From contig OY970355.1 in NCBI GenBank assembly GCA_963718525.1, forward strand, positions 2,400,001 through 2,464,000: a stretch of 64,000 nucleotides of DNA. Reading direction: 5' to 3'. Shown in pieces: positions 43,004-51,534 of the stretch. Within the stretch, counting starts at the first letter, position 1; each line of letters opens with the position of its first letter. Under the pieces are notes generated by a model. That model had not been told where the DNA came from. It did not search any database and was given only the letters and a program-made list of their open reading frames with translations. This DNA is from Candidatus Dormiibacterota bacterium. Its GTDB lineage: Bacteria; Chloroflexota; Dormibacteria; Aeolococcales; Aeolococcaceae. Both the position numbers and the translations under genes were made by a program.

Positions 43004-43600
43004 TCAAGGAGATCGCCGGGCGTGGACGAGCGCCTCGACCGCCCCTCGTCCGCCGAGGACGGGCGATGGCATGGTGCCCACGACCTGCCAGCCGGCCGCG
43101 ACGATGCCAGTCGACGCGCGCGCGATGGCAGCCCCGACGATCCCGGGGTCCGATGGCGCCGTGGCGAGCCGGAGCTCGAACATCGGCTTGACCAGGCCGA
43201 TCAGGTCCGCGTCCGCAGCGATGGTGATGCGGTCCAGCTGCGCGACGGCGGCGGCCAGCGCGAGATAGGAGACGTCGACGGTCAGGACCTCGATGGCCTC
43301 AGGTATGAGGCGGCTGTCGAGTGCGGCGACATTGGTGGCTTCAAGGTTCACCACGCGCGGATCCTGGCGGAGCGAGCCGAGGAGCTGCCCGAACCCGGCG
43401 TCCACCGCATACACGCGCGAGGCGCCCGCCTCGAGGAGGACTCGGGTGAAGCCACCGGCAGCCGCACCGAGGTCGAGGCAGGCTCGACCCGCAATCAGGA
43501 CACCGAAACCTGATAGCGCGGCGCGCAACTTCGCCTCGCCGCGCAGCGGTGCATGGGCCGCACGCGGGCTCGGCGTGGGTCGCGGTCGGCCCCGTCTTAC
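43004..43600 (-). CDS. TlyA/FtsJ-like SAM-dependent methyltransferase lacking the S4 domain; start non-canonical or uncertain
   Basis: RGEAKL, CLDLGAAAGGFT, VYAVDAGFGQL, DVSYLAL, LVKPMFE. Confidence 0.8.
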   Translation of the reverse strand, partial: VRRGRPRPTPSPRAAHAPLRGEAKLRAALSGFGVLIAGRACLDLGAAAGGFTRVLLEAGASRVYAVDAGFGQLLGSLRQDPRVVNLEATNVAALDSRLIPEAIEVLTVDVSYLALAAAVAQLDRITIAADADLIGLVKPMFELRLATAPSDPGIVGAAIARASTGIVAAGWQVVGTMPSPVLGGRGAVEALVHARRSP

Positions 43601-45417
43601 TCGGGACGCCGCTCGGTCACCTCGGCGACGAGACGATCGACGAGTGCCCCGGCCGCGATGTCCTCCTGCAGGTTGCGGCGGACATCGCGAACGCGCACCA
43701 CGCCATCGCCGCGTTCGACGTCGCGTTTGCCGATGACCACGACGTAGGGAATGCGTTTGAGCTCCGCATCGCGGACACGCGCCTGCATGCGCTCGCCGTG
43801 GCGCTCGTCGACGGAAGCTCGGAGCCCGCGTGCGCGCATCTCCGCAGCGAGACCCCGGATGGACGCCATCACCTCCTCGCTGTCGTCCTGGACCGGGATG
43901 ATCGCGCACTGCACCGGCGCGAGCCAGAGCGGGAAGTGCCCCGCGTAATGCTCGAGGAGGATCCCGAAGAACCGCTCGATGGATCCGAAGAGCGCCCGGT
44001 GGATCATGATCGGCTGCTGCTCGGCACCGGTGTCGTCGATGAAATGCAGGTCGAAGCGCTGGGGAAACTGGAAGTCGACTTGAATCGTCGACATCTGCCA
44101 CGTGCGTCCGATCGCGTCCCGTGCCTGGACGGAGATCTTCGGGCCGTAGAACGCGCCGCCGCCCTCGTCCAGGACCAGCTCGAGATTGCGACCTTCGGCG
44201 GCGAGGCGCAGCGCGTTGGTCGCGACCTCCCACTCCTCCACGGTGCCGACAGCCTTGTGCTCGGGCCGCGTCGAGAGCTCCAGATAAAAGTCGGTGAGCC
44301 CGAAATCGCGAAGCAGGCCAAGGGTGAAATCGAGCAGCGAGATGAGCTCGTCCATCATCTGCTCGCGAGCGCAGAAGATATGCGCATCGTCCATCGTCAG
44401 GCCACGAACCCTGGTGAGCCCGTGGATCACCCCTGACTTCTCGTAGCGGTAGACGCTGCCGAATTCGAAGAGGCGCAAGGGCAACTCGCGGTACGAGCGC
44501 ATCCTGCTGCGATAGATGAGGATGTGCATCGGGCAGTTCATGGGCTTGAGGTAGTACTTCGTGCCCTCGTCGAGCTCCATGGGAGGGAACATGCCGTCGG
44601 CGAACCACTCGAGGTGACCGGAGACCTTGAACAGGTCCTCCTTGGTGATGTGCGGCGTGTTCACGAACGAATAGCCGCCCTCCTCATGGCGCTGGCGCGA
44701 GTAGTCCTCCATGAGCTTGCGAACCAGACCGCCGTTGGGGTGGAAGACAGGCAGCCCCGAGCCGATCTCATCCGGGAACGAGAACAGGTCGAGCTCGGCG
44801 CCCAGCCGGCGGTGATCGCGTTTGCGCGCCTCCTCGAGGCGGTGCAGGTACGCGTTGAGCTCATCCTCGGTGAACCACGCCGTCCCGTACACGCGCTGCA
44901 GCTGCTCGTTGCGCGCGTCGCCGCGCCAGTACACGCCGGCGATGCGAAGCACACGCACCGCCTTCAGCCAGCCGGTATCAGGCACGTGTGGTCCGCGGCA
45001 CAGGTCGACGAAGTCGCCGGTGCGGTAGATGCTGACTTTGGTGATGTCCTCGGGCAGCCGGTCGATGATGTCCACCTTGAAGTCCTGATGCAGCGTGGTG
45101 AACATTTCGATTGCCTGCGAGCGCGGGATCACCTCCTGTACGAACGGGATCTTCTTTTCTGCAAGCTCGCGCATTCGCAGCTCGAGCCGCGGCAGATCGT
45201 CGTCCACGAAGTGCTGTCCATCAGGCAGACGGAAGTTGTAGAAGAAGCCGTCTTCGATCGCGGGGCCCACGTCGTACTGGGCGCCGGGGAACAGCTCGAC
45301 CACTGCGGCTGCCATGAGATGGGCGGCGCTGTGGCGCAGCATCTGAAGAGTCGGCTCGGCCGGTGCTGGGAGTGGGGCGCCTGCCTCAGCGGCGTCGTCG
45401 ACGATCTCGTCTGGCAT
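43597..45417 (-). CDS. thrS: Threonine--tRNA ligase (no N-terminal TGS domain)
   Basis: RHSAAHL, DLCRGPH, RDHRRLG, KPMNCP, IHRALFGSIERF. Confidence 0.97.
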   Translation of the reverse strand: MPDEIVDDAAEAGAPLPAPAEPTLQMLRHSAAHLMAAAVVELFPGAQYDVGPAIEDGFFYNFRLPDGQHFVDDDLPRLELRMRELAEKKIPFVQEVIPRSQAIEMFTTLHQDFKVDIIDRLPEDITKVSIYRTGDFVDLCRGPHVPDTGWLKAVRVLRIAGVYWRGDARNEQLQRVYGTAWFTEDELNAYLHRLEEARKRDHRRLGAELDLFSFPDEIGSGLPVFHPNGGLVRKLMEDYSRQRHEEGGYSFVNTPHITKEDLFKVSGHLEWFADGMFPPMELDEGTKYYLKPMNCPMHILIYRSRMRSYRELPLRLFEFGSVYRYEKSGVIHGLTRVRGLTMDDAHIFCAREQMMDELISLLDFTLGLLRDFGLTDFYLELSTRPEHKAVGTVEEWEVATNALRLAAEGRNLELVLDEGGGAFYGPKISVQARDAIGRTWQMSTIQVDFQFPQRFDLHFIDDTGAEQQPIMIHRALFGSIERFFGILLEHYAGHFPLWLAPVQCAIIPVQDDSEEVMASIRGLAAEMRARGLRASVDERHGERMQARVRDAELKRIPYVVVIGKRDVERGDGVVRVRDVRRNLQEDIAAGALVDRLVAEVTERRPE

Positions 45418-45472
45418 GGACGCCGATTCTACGCAGTCCGCGCTACTGCGCCCTCTGAGCCTGGAGCTCGAG

Positions 45473-45814
45473 TCAGCCGGTGAGGCGGGACATGCCCGCG
45501 GGGACGTCCTCGCGTGCCTGGCACAGCTCGTTCAACTGTGCCTCGGGATCGAACCCGAGCGATTGGAACTCGAACCGCAGCTGACGCAGCATGGGGATGG
45601 GACGTGACGACGCGCGGCGCGCTTGACTGCGCAGACGTTCATGCCGCGCAGGATCTATCGAACAGCATTTGATGCTGCAGTACTTCGCTGTCGGCTTGTG
45701 CACTGGCTCGCCACATCCAACCCGTGCACAGATTCGGCGCGGCATGCTGGCTCGCTGTGAATGCCTCGACACGCCCGCCTCCGATGTCACCGACGGAGTG
45801 TACGCCGCGGCCAT
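45473..45814 (-). CDS. Hypothetical Cys-rich small protein (Zn-finger-like)
   Basis: AGGGGG SD before ATG; CARVGC-x9-YCSIKCC; fills the gap on the co-oriented strand. Confidence 0.6.
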   Translation of the reverse strand: MAAAYTPSVTSEAGVSRHSQRASMPRRICARVGCGEPVHKPTAKYCSIKCCSIDPARHERLRSQARRASSRPIPMLRQLRFEFQSLGFDPEAQLNELCQAREDVPAGMSRLTG

Positions 45815-45884
45815 GACCCCCTGTCAACCGTCATGTCGCCAACGGATTGCGCGCGCACTGCGACGCGTTTGATACGCGCTGGCC

Positions 45885-45945
45885 TGTGCACAATGTGGAC
45901 AACTGCGCACGTTGTTTGTGCAGTAAGGCACATGCCTGTGCGCAA
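45885..45945. promoter_or_regulatory. Cluster of DnaA-box-like 9-mers
   Basis: Minus strand TTGTGCACA (45885-93), TTGTCCACA (45894-902), TTGCGCACA (45937-45), plus two weaker copies. Confidence 0.5.
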
Positions 45946-46070
45946 CTTCGCCCATCGCGGGTTTGTTCGCGCGGCACCCATGTGGCTCCTGAGATTGAGA
46001 GTCGAATCACAGGATGCGCTCAACCCCGTGTAACAGTCGCGTCACTCCTTGAAAAGCGAGATGAACCGCG

Positions 46071-46616
46071 CTAACGAGCCGCGCCCTCGACCACCGCGGA
46101 CGGCGCGCCCGAGAGTTCCCGATCGGGCTGGATTTCACGCAGCCGGCCGCTGGTGACGTCGTACACGAAGCCGCGAACGCTGTCACGGTGCGGGATGAAG
46201 GGGCTCGCCTTGATGCGCGCGATGGACTGGCGCACATCATCGTCGGCGTCTGGAAACGCTTCGAGCGCGAAGGGCGGACGGATTCCCGTGTCCTCCTTGA
46301 TCTGCGCCTTGACCACGTCGTCGGAGAAGGTCGCCATGCCGCAGTCGCTGTGGTGGATAAGGATGATCTCCGTAGTGCCGAGCAATCGCTGCGAGATCAC
46401 CAGCGAACGAATAGCGTCATCGGTGACCACACCACCCGCGTTGCGGATGATGTGTGCATCGCCGACCTCCAGGCCGAGGATCGCGCTGACGTGCAGGCGC
46501 GCATCCATGCACGCGACCACCGCGACGCCACGCGCGGGAGGCAGCGGTGTCGCACCCTTGTTGAAACCTGCTGCGTAACGCTCGTTGTTCTTGAGCAGCT
46601 CGTCGGTGACAGACAT
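46071..46616 (-). CDS. Beta-class carbonic anhydrase, clade D/Rv1284-like
   Basis: MSVTDELLKNN, ACMDARL, IRNAGG, HHSDCGM, RGFVYDV. Confidence 0.93.
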   Translation of the reverse strand: MSVTDELLKNNERYAAGFNKGATPLPPARGVAVVACMDARLHVSAILGLEVGDAHIIRNAGGVVTDDAIRSLVISQRLLGTTEIILIHHSDCGMATFSDDVVKAQIKEDTGIRPPFALEAFPDADDDVRQSIARIKASPFIPHRDSVRGFVYDVTSGRLREIQPDRELSGAPSAVVEGAAR

Positions 46617-46713
46617 GACAGACCTCATGAAGAAAGAAGAAAGCTGATATCCGAATGTATGCGGCGCGCCGTTCCCACTCGCATACGCGAGCGTGGCGCG
46701 CGGAGTCGCCTGC

Positions 46714-46794
46714 TCAGCGACTACAGATGGCGGAACCGCAGCAGCCGTGGTCGAGCCACAGGCAACGCGTCAACCACACGGTTCCGGCACCCAT
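46714..46794 (-). CDS. Cys-rich leader peptide (uORF), 26 aa MGAGTVWLTRCLWLDHGCCGSAICSR
   Basis: ATG 8 nt downstream of the -10 element, no SD, 4 Cys, followed by alternative hairpins and the carbonic anhydrase gene. Confidence 0.6.
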   Translation of the reverse strand: MGAGTVWLTRCLWLDHGCCGSAICSR

Positions 46795-46802
46795 GTCGGC
46801 CG

Positions 46803-46832
46803 ACACTACCAAATCCCGACTCGTACGGTCAA
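46803..46832 (-). promoter_or_regulatory. Promoter TTGACC-18-TAGTGT (extended -10) for the leader peptide/carbonic anhydrase
   Basis: -35 46827-46832, TGn plus -10 46803-46808. Confidence 0.6.
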
Positions 46833-46947
46833 GTTTATGCCCGCTCCTGCCTCGGGTCGCGACTCGACGGAGAACGGCGGCAAGCCCCAGAGTCGCACGG
46901 TGTCCGAGGAGCTCCCGCCGCATACTCGCGCCACACCGGATCCGCAG

Positions 46948-48205
46948 ATGGAATCCGTCCCACGAGGGTCCGCCGTACGGCGCCGGCTGACGTCGCTCGC
47001 GGTCGATGTCACGCCGCTTCGCGAGTCGAGAGAATTCCGTCTGCTCTTCATCGGGCAGGGCGTTTCGTTCGCTGGGAGCATGATCACGTACGTCGCGATC
47101 CCGTTCCAGACATATGAGCTCACGCGGTCGTCACTGGTTGTCGGCCTCGTCAGTCTCGCCGAGCTGGTGCCGATTCTCGTGATGTCGTTCATCGGCGGTG
47201 CCCTCGCCGACGCCGTCGACCGGCGGCGCATGGTGCGCATCACGCAGATCAGCGCGTGCGCGGTGGTCGGCGTGCTCGTAGTCAACGCTACGCTGCCCCA
47301 CCCGCAGCTCTGGGTGCTGTTCTTCGCTGTCGTTGCCGCCGCGGGAGTTGACGCACTTGAGCGACCCTCACTCGACGCTCTCGTCCCCCGCATCGTGCGC
47401 CATGACAAGCTGAGCGCCGCCGCCGCGCTCGAATCGCTACGCGGCAATCTCGGCCAGGTCCTCGGGCCGCCGCTGGCAGGTATCCTCATCGCGACGGTCG
47501 GCCTTCCCGCGACGTATGGCGTCGACGTGGGCACGTTTCTCGTTGCCACAGTTGCGCTGACGCTCATGCGGGCGGTGCCGCCGGCGCCCGATGCCGAGGG
47601 AGTGAGCCTTCGAGCGGCGCTGGCGGGTCTGCGCTACGCGGCAAGCCGCCAGGACCTCCTCGGCACGTATCTCGTCGACATCAACGCGATGTTCTTCGGC
47701 ATGCCTATGGCACTATTCCCGCAGATCGCGACGGGGTTCGGCGGCCCCGTGGTGCTCGGGCTCATGTACACGGCTCCGTCGGCGGGTTCGCTCCTCGCGA
47801 CGCTCACGAGTGGCTGGACCCGGACCGTCCGTCACCACGGACGCGCGATCGCATTCGCCGCCGCGAGTTGGGGGGCCGCGATCATCGTCTTCGGGATCGC
47901 GCCGGCGCTCTGGCTGGCGCTGCTCGCGCTTGCGGCCGCGGGAGCGGCCGACATGATCAGCGGATTGTTCCGCAGCACGCTGTGGAACCAGACGATCCCT
48001 GAACTCGATGCGCGGCCGGCTCGCCGGCATCGAGATGATCAGCTACACGTCGGGACCCGCGCTGGGTAACCTCGAGGCCGGCGTGGTGGGATCGCTTGCC
48101 GGGGTGCGCGCATCGGTGATCAGTGGCGGCATTCTGTGCGTGGTCGGAACAGCAGTGCTGAGCGCCGTGCTTCCGCAATTCTGGAAATATCGCTCTACCG
48201 AGTGA
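46948..48205 (+). CDS. MFS transporter (EntS/DHA3-like), +1 frameshift at 48002-48003 in this sequence
   Basis: DVTPLRESREFRLL, GGALADAVDRRR; QTIP joins DSMRGRLAGIEMISYTSGP if one A is removed. Confidence 0.85.
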
Positions 48206-49220
48206 GCACCGCATAGCAGATGAATCCTGCGTAGGCGACCAGGAGCAGCACCGCACCGCGCCGTGTGAGCCGCACGCCGAGCAGGATGAGCGCGAGTCCG
48301 CTCATGCCCAGGAGCCAGACGACGTAGCCTGGTGGCACCGACCCGCGCAGGGCCGGGAAGAACACGATGGGGAAGGCGATGCCGGCGATGAGATTCAGGG
48401 TGTTGCTGTTGAATGTCGCGCTCACAACCGCGGCTCCGTGCCCGTCGAGCGCAAGGCGAATCGCGGCATACGCGTTCGGCAGACTGGTCGCCGCCGCCAG
48501 CGCCACCACACCGACGAGAACACTGGGGGCACCCGAGCGCGTTCCCAGGGTCAGCGCACCCTGCACCATCAAGTCTGCACCGACGACGATCACCACCAAC
48601 GCCGGGAGCATGAGCAACACAGGCCACCAGTTGGTCGACCGCGTGACCGGAGCGAGGTCCTCCAGCTCAGCCTCGAGCTCCATACCCTCGATGCCCGCTT
48701 CACGGGATGCATCCACGAGCAGCGCGCTCAGACGCTCCGGGAGTGGAAGACGGGCGATCGTGACGGGGCGCAGGATCAGGAACGCGACATAGGGAACGAA
48801 GACCGCAACGGTCAGGGCGAGACCGACGGGCACGGGGAGAACGTCGAGTACCACCAACGCCATCGACAGGGTCACGAGAATCGCGATCGCGCCGTCGACC
48901 ATGAGGGCGGGGCGTGGGATCCGTACCTCGCCTGCTGCGAGCGCTGCGCCGCCGAGCAGCACGGCGATGTTGAAGATGTTGGAGCCGAACACGATGCCGG
49001 CGGCAGTCGCGGCAGAGCCGCCGGCCACGGCGGAGATGGATGAAGAGATTTCGGGCGAGTCGGCGGAGAGCGCCACGACCAAGCCGACGATGCCGCCGAG
49101 CAGCCCGAGGTTCCCCGCCAGACGCCCGACTCCTCGCACGAGGACTTCGCTCGCCGCTAACGTCACCATCAGTGCGATGAGCGAAATCCCGATGACCGCA
49201 CCAGTCTGCAAACTCTGCAC
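48195..49220 (-). CDS. Sodium:calcium (CaCA family) antiporter
   Basis: Alpha repeats ADSPEI..GSNIFN and ATSLPN..NSNTLN; hydrophobic. Start uncertain. Confidence 0.85.
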   Translation of the reverse strand: MQSLQTGAVIGISLIALMVTLAASEVLVRGVGRLAGNLGLLGGIVGLVVALSADSPEISSSISAVAGGSAATAAGIVFGSNIFNIAVLLGGAALAAGEVRIPRPALMVDGAIAILVTLSMALVVLDVLPVPVGLALTVAVFVPYVAFLILRPVTIARLPLPERLSALLVDASREAGIEGMELEAELEDLAPVTRSTNWWPVLLMLPALVVIVVGADLMVQGALTLGTRSGAPSVLVGVVALAAATSLPNAYAAIRLALDGHGAAVVSATFNSNTLNLIAGIAFPIVFFPALRGSVPPGYVVWLLGMSGLALILLGVRLTRRGAVLLLVAYAGFICYAVLTR

Positions 49221-49265
49221 CGCGCACAGTGGAGCACGGTTGATGTGTCGCATGGAGGCGCTGGG

Positions 49266-50747
49266 GTGACGAGTGTCGTCCTCCGGCATGCGCGGCTCGC
49301 TCGCGACGCGCCTGCGCAGGATGTTCTGGTTGTCGCGGATCGGGTGAGCGCCGTGGGCACCGTCGGAGACGGATGTGGTGCTGATGAGGCCGTGGACCTC
49401 GATGGCCGGTTTCTCCTTCCGGGTTTGTGGGACCACCACGTGCACTTCGAGCAGTGGGCGCAGGTCCGCGCGCGTCTTGACCTCTCGGGCGCGGATTCCG
49501 CACGAGGTGCGGCGCACCTGCTCGCGGACCATGTCGCCCGTGACGAACGCGGTGACGGATCGCAAGTGGTCGGATATGGATTTCGCGGTGCGCTCTGGGC
49601 GGATGCTCCCCAGCGCGAGCTCCTCGATGAGGTGTGCCCTGACATCCCGGTGGCGCTGATCAGCGCCGACCTGCACAGCGTCTGGCTCAACACCGTCGCG
49701 CTTGGTCGTTTCGGCCATGCCGGCCATGCGACCGGGTTGTTGGTCGAGGAGGTCGCGATGCGCGTGATCGAGGAGCTCGGGCGCGTCGCTGATGACGTCG
49801 CCGACGTGTCGTGCCTCGCAGCGGCCCGTGCCGCGGCTGCGCGCGGCGTCGTCGGCATCGTTGACATGGAGAAGCCGTGGTCGCTCGCAGCGTGGCGGCG
49901 GCGGATCGGCGCCGGCAACCGATCCCTCCGCGTCGTCACCTCAGTGTGGCCGGAGCGATTTGACGAGGCCGTTGCGCAGCACCTCCGCACCGGTCAGGTC
50001 ATCGACGGCACGGGCGGGTTGCTCAGCGTCGGACCCTTGAAAGTCGTCACCGACGGTTCCCTGAACACGCGTACCGCCTACTGTGCCGAGGCCTACGCGG
50101 GGAACGATGTCGATGCCCGCGGCGTCCTGCTCGTCGCGGTCGTCGAGCTCTCGCGACTCATGCGGCGCGCGAAGGACGCCGGCTTCACCTGTGCCGTTCA
50201 CGCGATCGGGGACCGCGCAAACGCCCTGGCATTGCAGGCCTTTGCCGTGACCGGGGCTCGCGGGAGCATCGAGCATGCGCAGCTGCTTGATGATGCTGAT
50301 GTCGTCCGCTTTGCAGAGCTGGCTGTGATCGCGAGCGTGCAACCCGAGCATGCCCTCGATGACCGTGATGTCGCCGACCGCTACTGGTCCGGCCGTACCC
50401 GGCGCGCATTCCCGTTGCGCTCGCTGCTCGACGCAGGGACGGTGCTCGCCTTCGGGTCGGACGCGCCGGTGGCGCCGCTCGATCCCTGGCTGGCCATCGG
50501 CGCCGCTGTGCACCGCACTCGCGATGAGCGCCCTCGGTGGCATCCCGAACAGGAGATCACGGTCGACGAAGCGCTTGCCGCTTCGATGTCTCCAGGGCGG
50601 CGTGATGTGAGCATCAGCGTGGGCGACGTCGCGGACCTCGTCGTCATCGACCGCGATCCGTTCACTGCCGAACCCGGTGCGCTGCGAAGCATGCCGGTCG
50701 CGGCGACGATGCTCGCAGGCTCCTGGACTCACCGGGCTAGCGTCTGA
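49266..50747 (+). CDS. Amidohydrolase-3 (YtcJ-like)
   Basis: GGAGG-GTG; PGLWDHHVH, DGSLNTRTA, VHAIGDRAN, IEHAQ, FGSDAPV. Confidence 0.92.
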   Translation: MTSVVLRHARLARDAPAQDVLVVADRVSAVGTVGDGCGADEAVDLDGRFLLPGLWDHHVHFEQWAQVRARLDLSGADSARGAAHLLADHVARDERGDGSQVVGYGFRGALWADAPQRELLDEVCPDIPVALISADLHSVWLNTVALGRFGHAGHATGLLVEEVAMRVIEELGRVADDVADVSCLAAARAAAARGVVGIVDMEKPWSLAAWRRRIGAGNRSLRVVTSVWPERFDEAVAQHLRTGQVIDGTGGLLSVGPLKVVTDGSLNTRTAYCAEAYAGNDVDARGVLLVAVVELSRLMRRAKDAGFTCAVHAIGDRANALALQAFAVTGARGSIEHAQLLDDADVVRFAELAVIASVQPEHALDDRDVADRYWSGRTRRAFPLRSLLDAGTVLAFGSDAPVAPLDPWLAIGAAVHRTRDERPRWHPEQEITVDEALAASMSPGRRDVSISVGDVADLVVIDRDPFTAEPGALRSMPVAATMLAGSWTHRASV

Positions 50748-50781
50748 AGGAGGTCGCGCGACCAAGCCGCGGGTTCTCGCG

Positions 50782-51528
50782 TCAGCCGATACGGAGCCCC
50801 GCCATGCCGCCGTCGACCTCGAGCACGGCGCCCGTCGTTGACGCGGACAGAGGACTCGCCAGGTAGGCGATCGCGAACGCTACCTCCCCGGCGGTCACCA
50901 GCCGCCCCATTGGCTGGCGGGCCCGCAGTGCGTTTGCTGCCGCCTGCGCATCCGGCGCCTGCTCGAGCAGTCGCTGCACCCATGGCGTGTCCGCGGTGCC
51001 GGGGGTGACGGCGTTGACCCGGATACCCTGCTTGATATGGTCGGCGGCCATCGCCAGGGTCAACGCCTGGACTGCGCCCTTGCTCGCCGAGTAGAGCGCG
51101 CGCTGCGGGACTCCGACGTTGGCGAGCACCGAGCACGTGTTGACGATGGCCGCGTGGCTGGATCGGAGCAGGTACGGGAGCGCCGCGCGGGTGACCCGGG
51201 CGATGCCGATGACGTTGACACTCAGGACGCGATGCCATTCCTCGTCGTCGTTCTGGGTCACGTCGCCACTCGCGCCGATTCCGGCGTTGTTGACAAGAAT
51301 GTCGATCGACCCGAGCGAGCTTGCGACGGTCTCGATGGCCACACGTGCTGAGCCCGAATCGGCGACGTCGCACGGGACCTCGAGCACCTGTGCATTGGTG
51401 ACCGCCGAGTAGGAGCGATCAAGGGTCGCAACTGTCGCTCCCCGTTCGCGGAGCAGCGTTGCTGTGGCGGCGCCGATGCCGCTGGCGCCCCCCGTGACCG
51501 CCGCGACGAGGCCATCGAAATCATGCAT
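50782..51528 (-). CDS. SDR oxidoreductase (2-keto-3-deoxy-sugar-acid dehydrogenase-like)
   Basis: TGGASGIG, NNAG, YSASK, PGTADTPWV. Confidence 0.9.
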   Translation of the reverse strand: MHDFDGLVAAVTGGASGIGAATATLLRERGATVATLDRSYSAVTNAQVLEVPCDVADSGSARVAIETVASSLGSIDILVNNAGIGASGDVTQNDDEEWHRVLSVNVIGIARVTRAALPYLLRSSHAAIVNTCSVLANVGVPQRALYSASKGAVQALTLAMAADHIKQGIRVNAVTPGTADTPWVQRLLEQAPDAQAAANALRARQPMGRLVTAGEVAFAIAYLASPLSASTTGAVLEVDGGMAGLRIG

Positions 51529-51534
51529 CTCGCT

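Noticed and set aside
43601-44608. N-terminal extension of the 534-aa ORF 43004-44608 suggesting a fusion or programmed frameshift
   Set aside because: It is an alternative frame inside thrS with Arg/Ala-rich junk; no slippery site seen.
45787-46023. Small minus-strand ORF over the DnaA-like boxes
   Set aside because: SD only 4 nt from the internal ATG, no motif, and it overlaps the next gene's start; probably non-coding.
45418-46070. tRNA or T-box upstream of thrS
   Set aside because: No T-loop/cloverleaf or T-box consensus seen; the gap between thrS and the upstream ORF is only 55 nt.
49221-49727. N-terminal extension of the CaCA antiporter ORF
   Set aside because: Antisense to the amidohydrolase; antiporter-like sequence begins near 49220.
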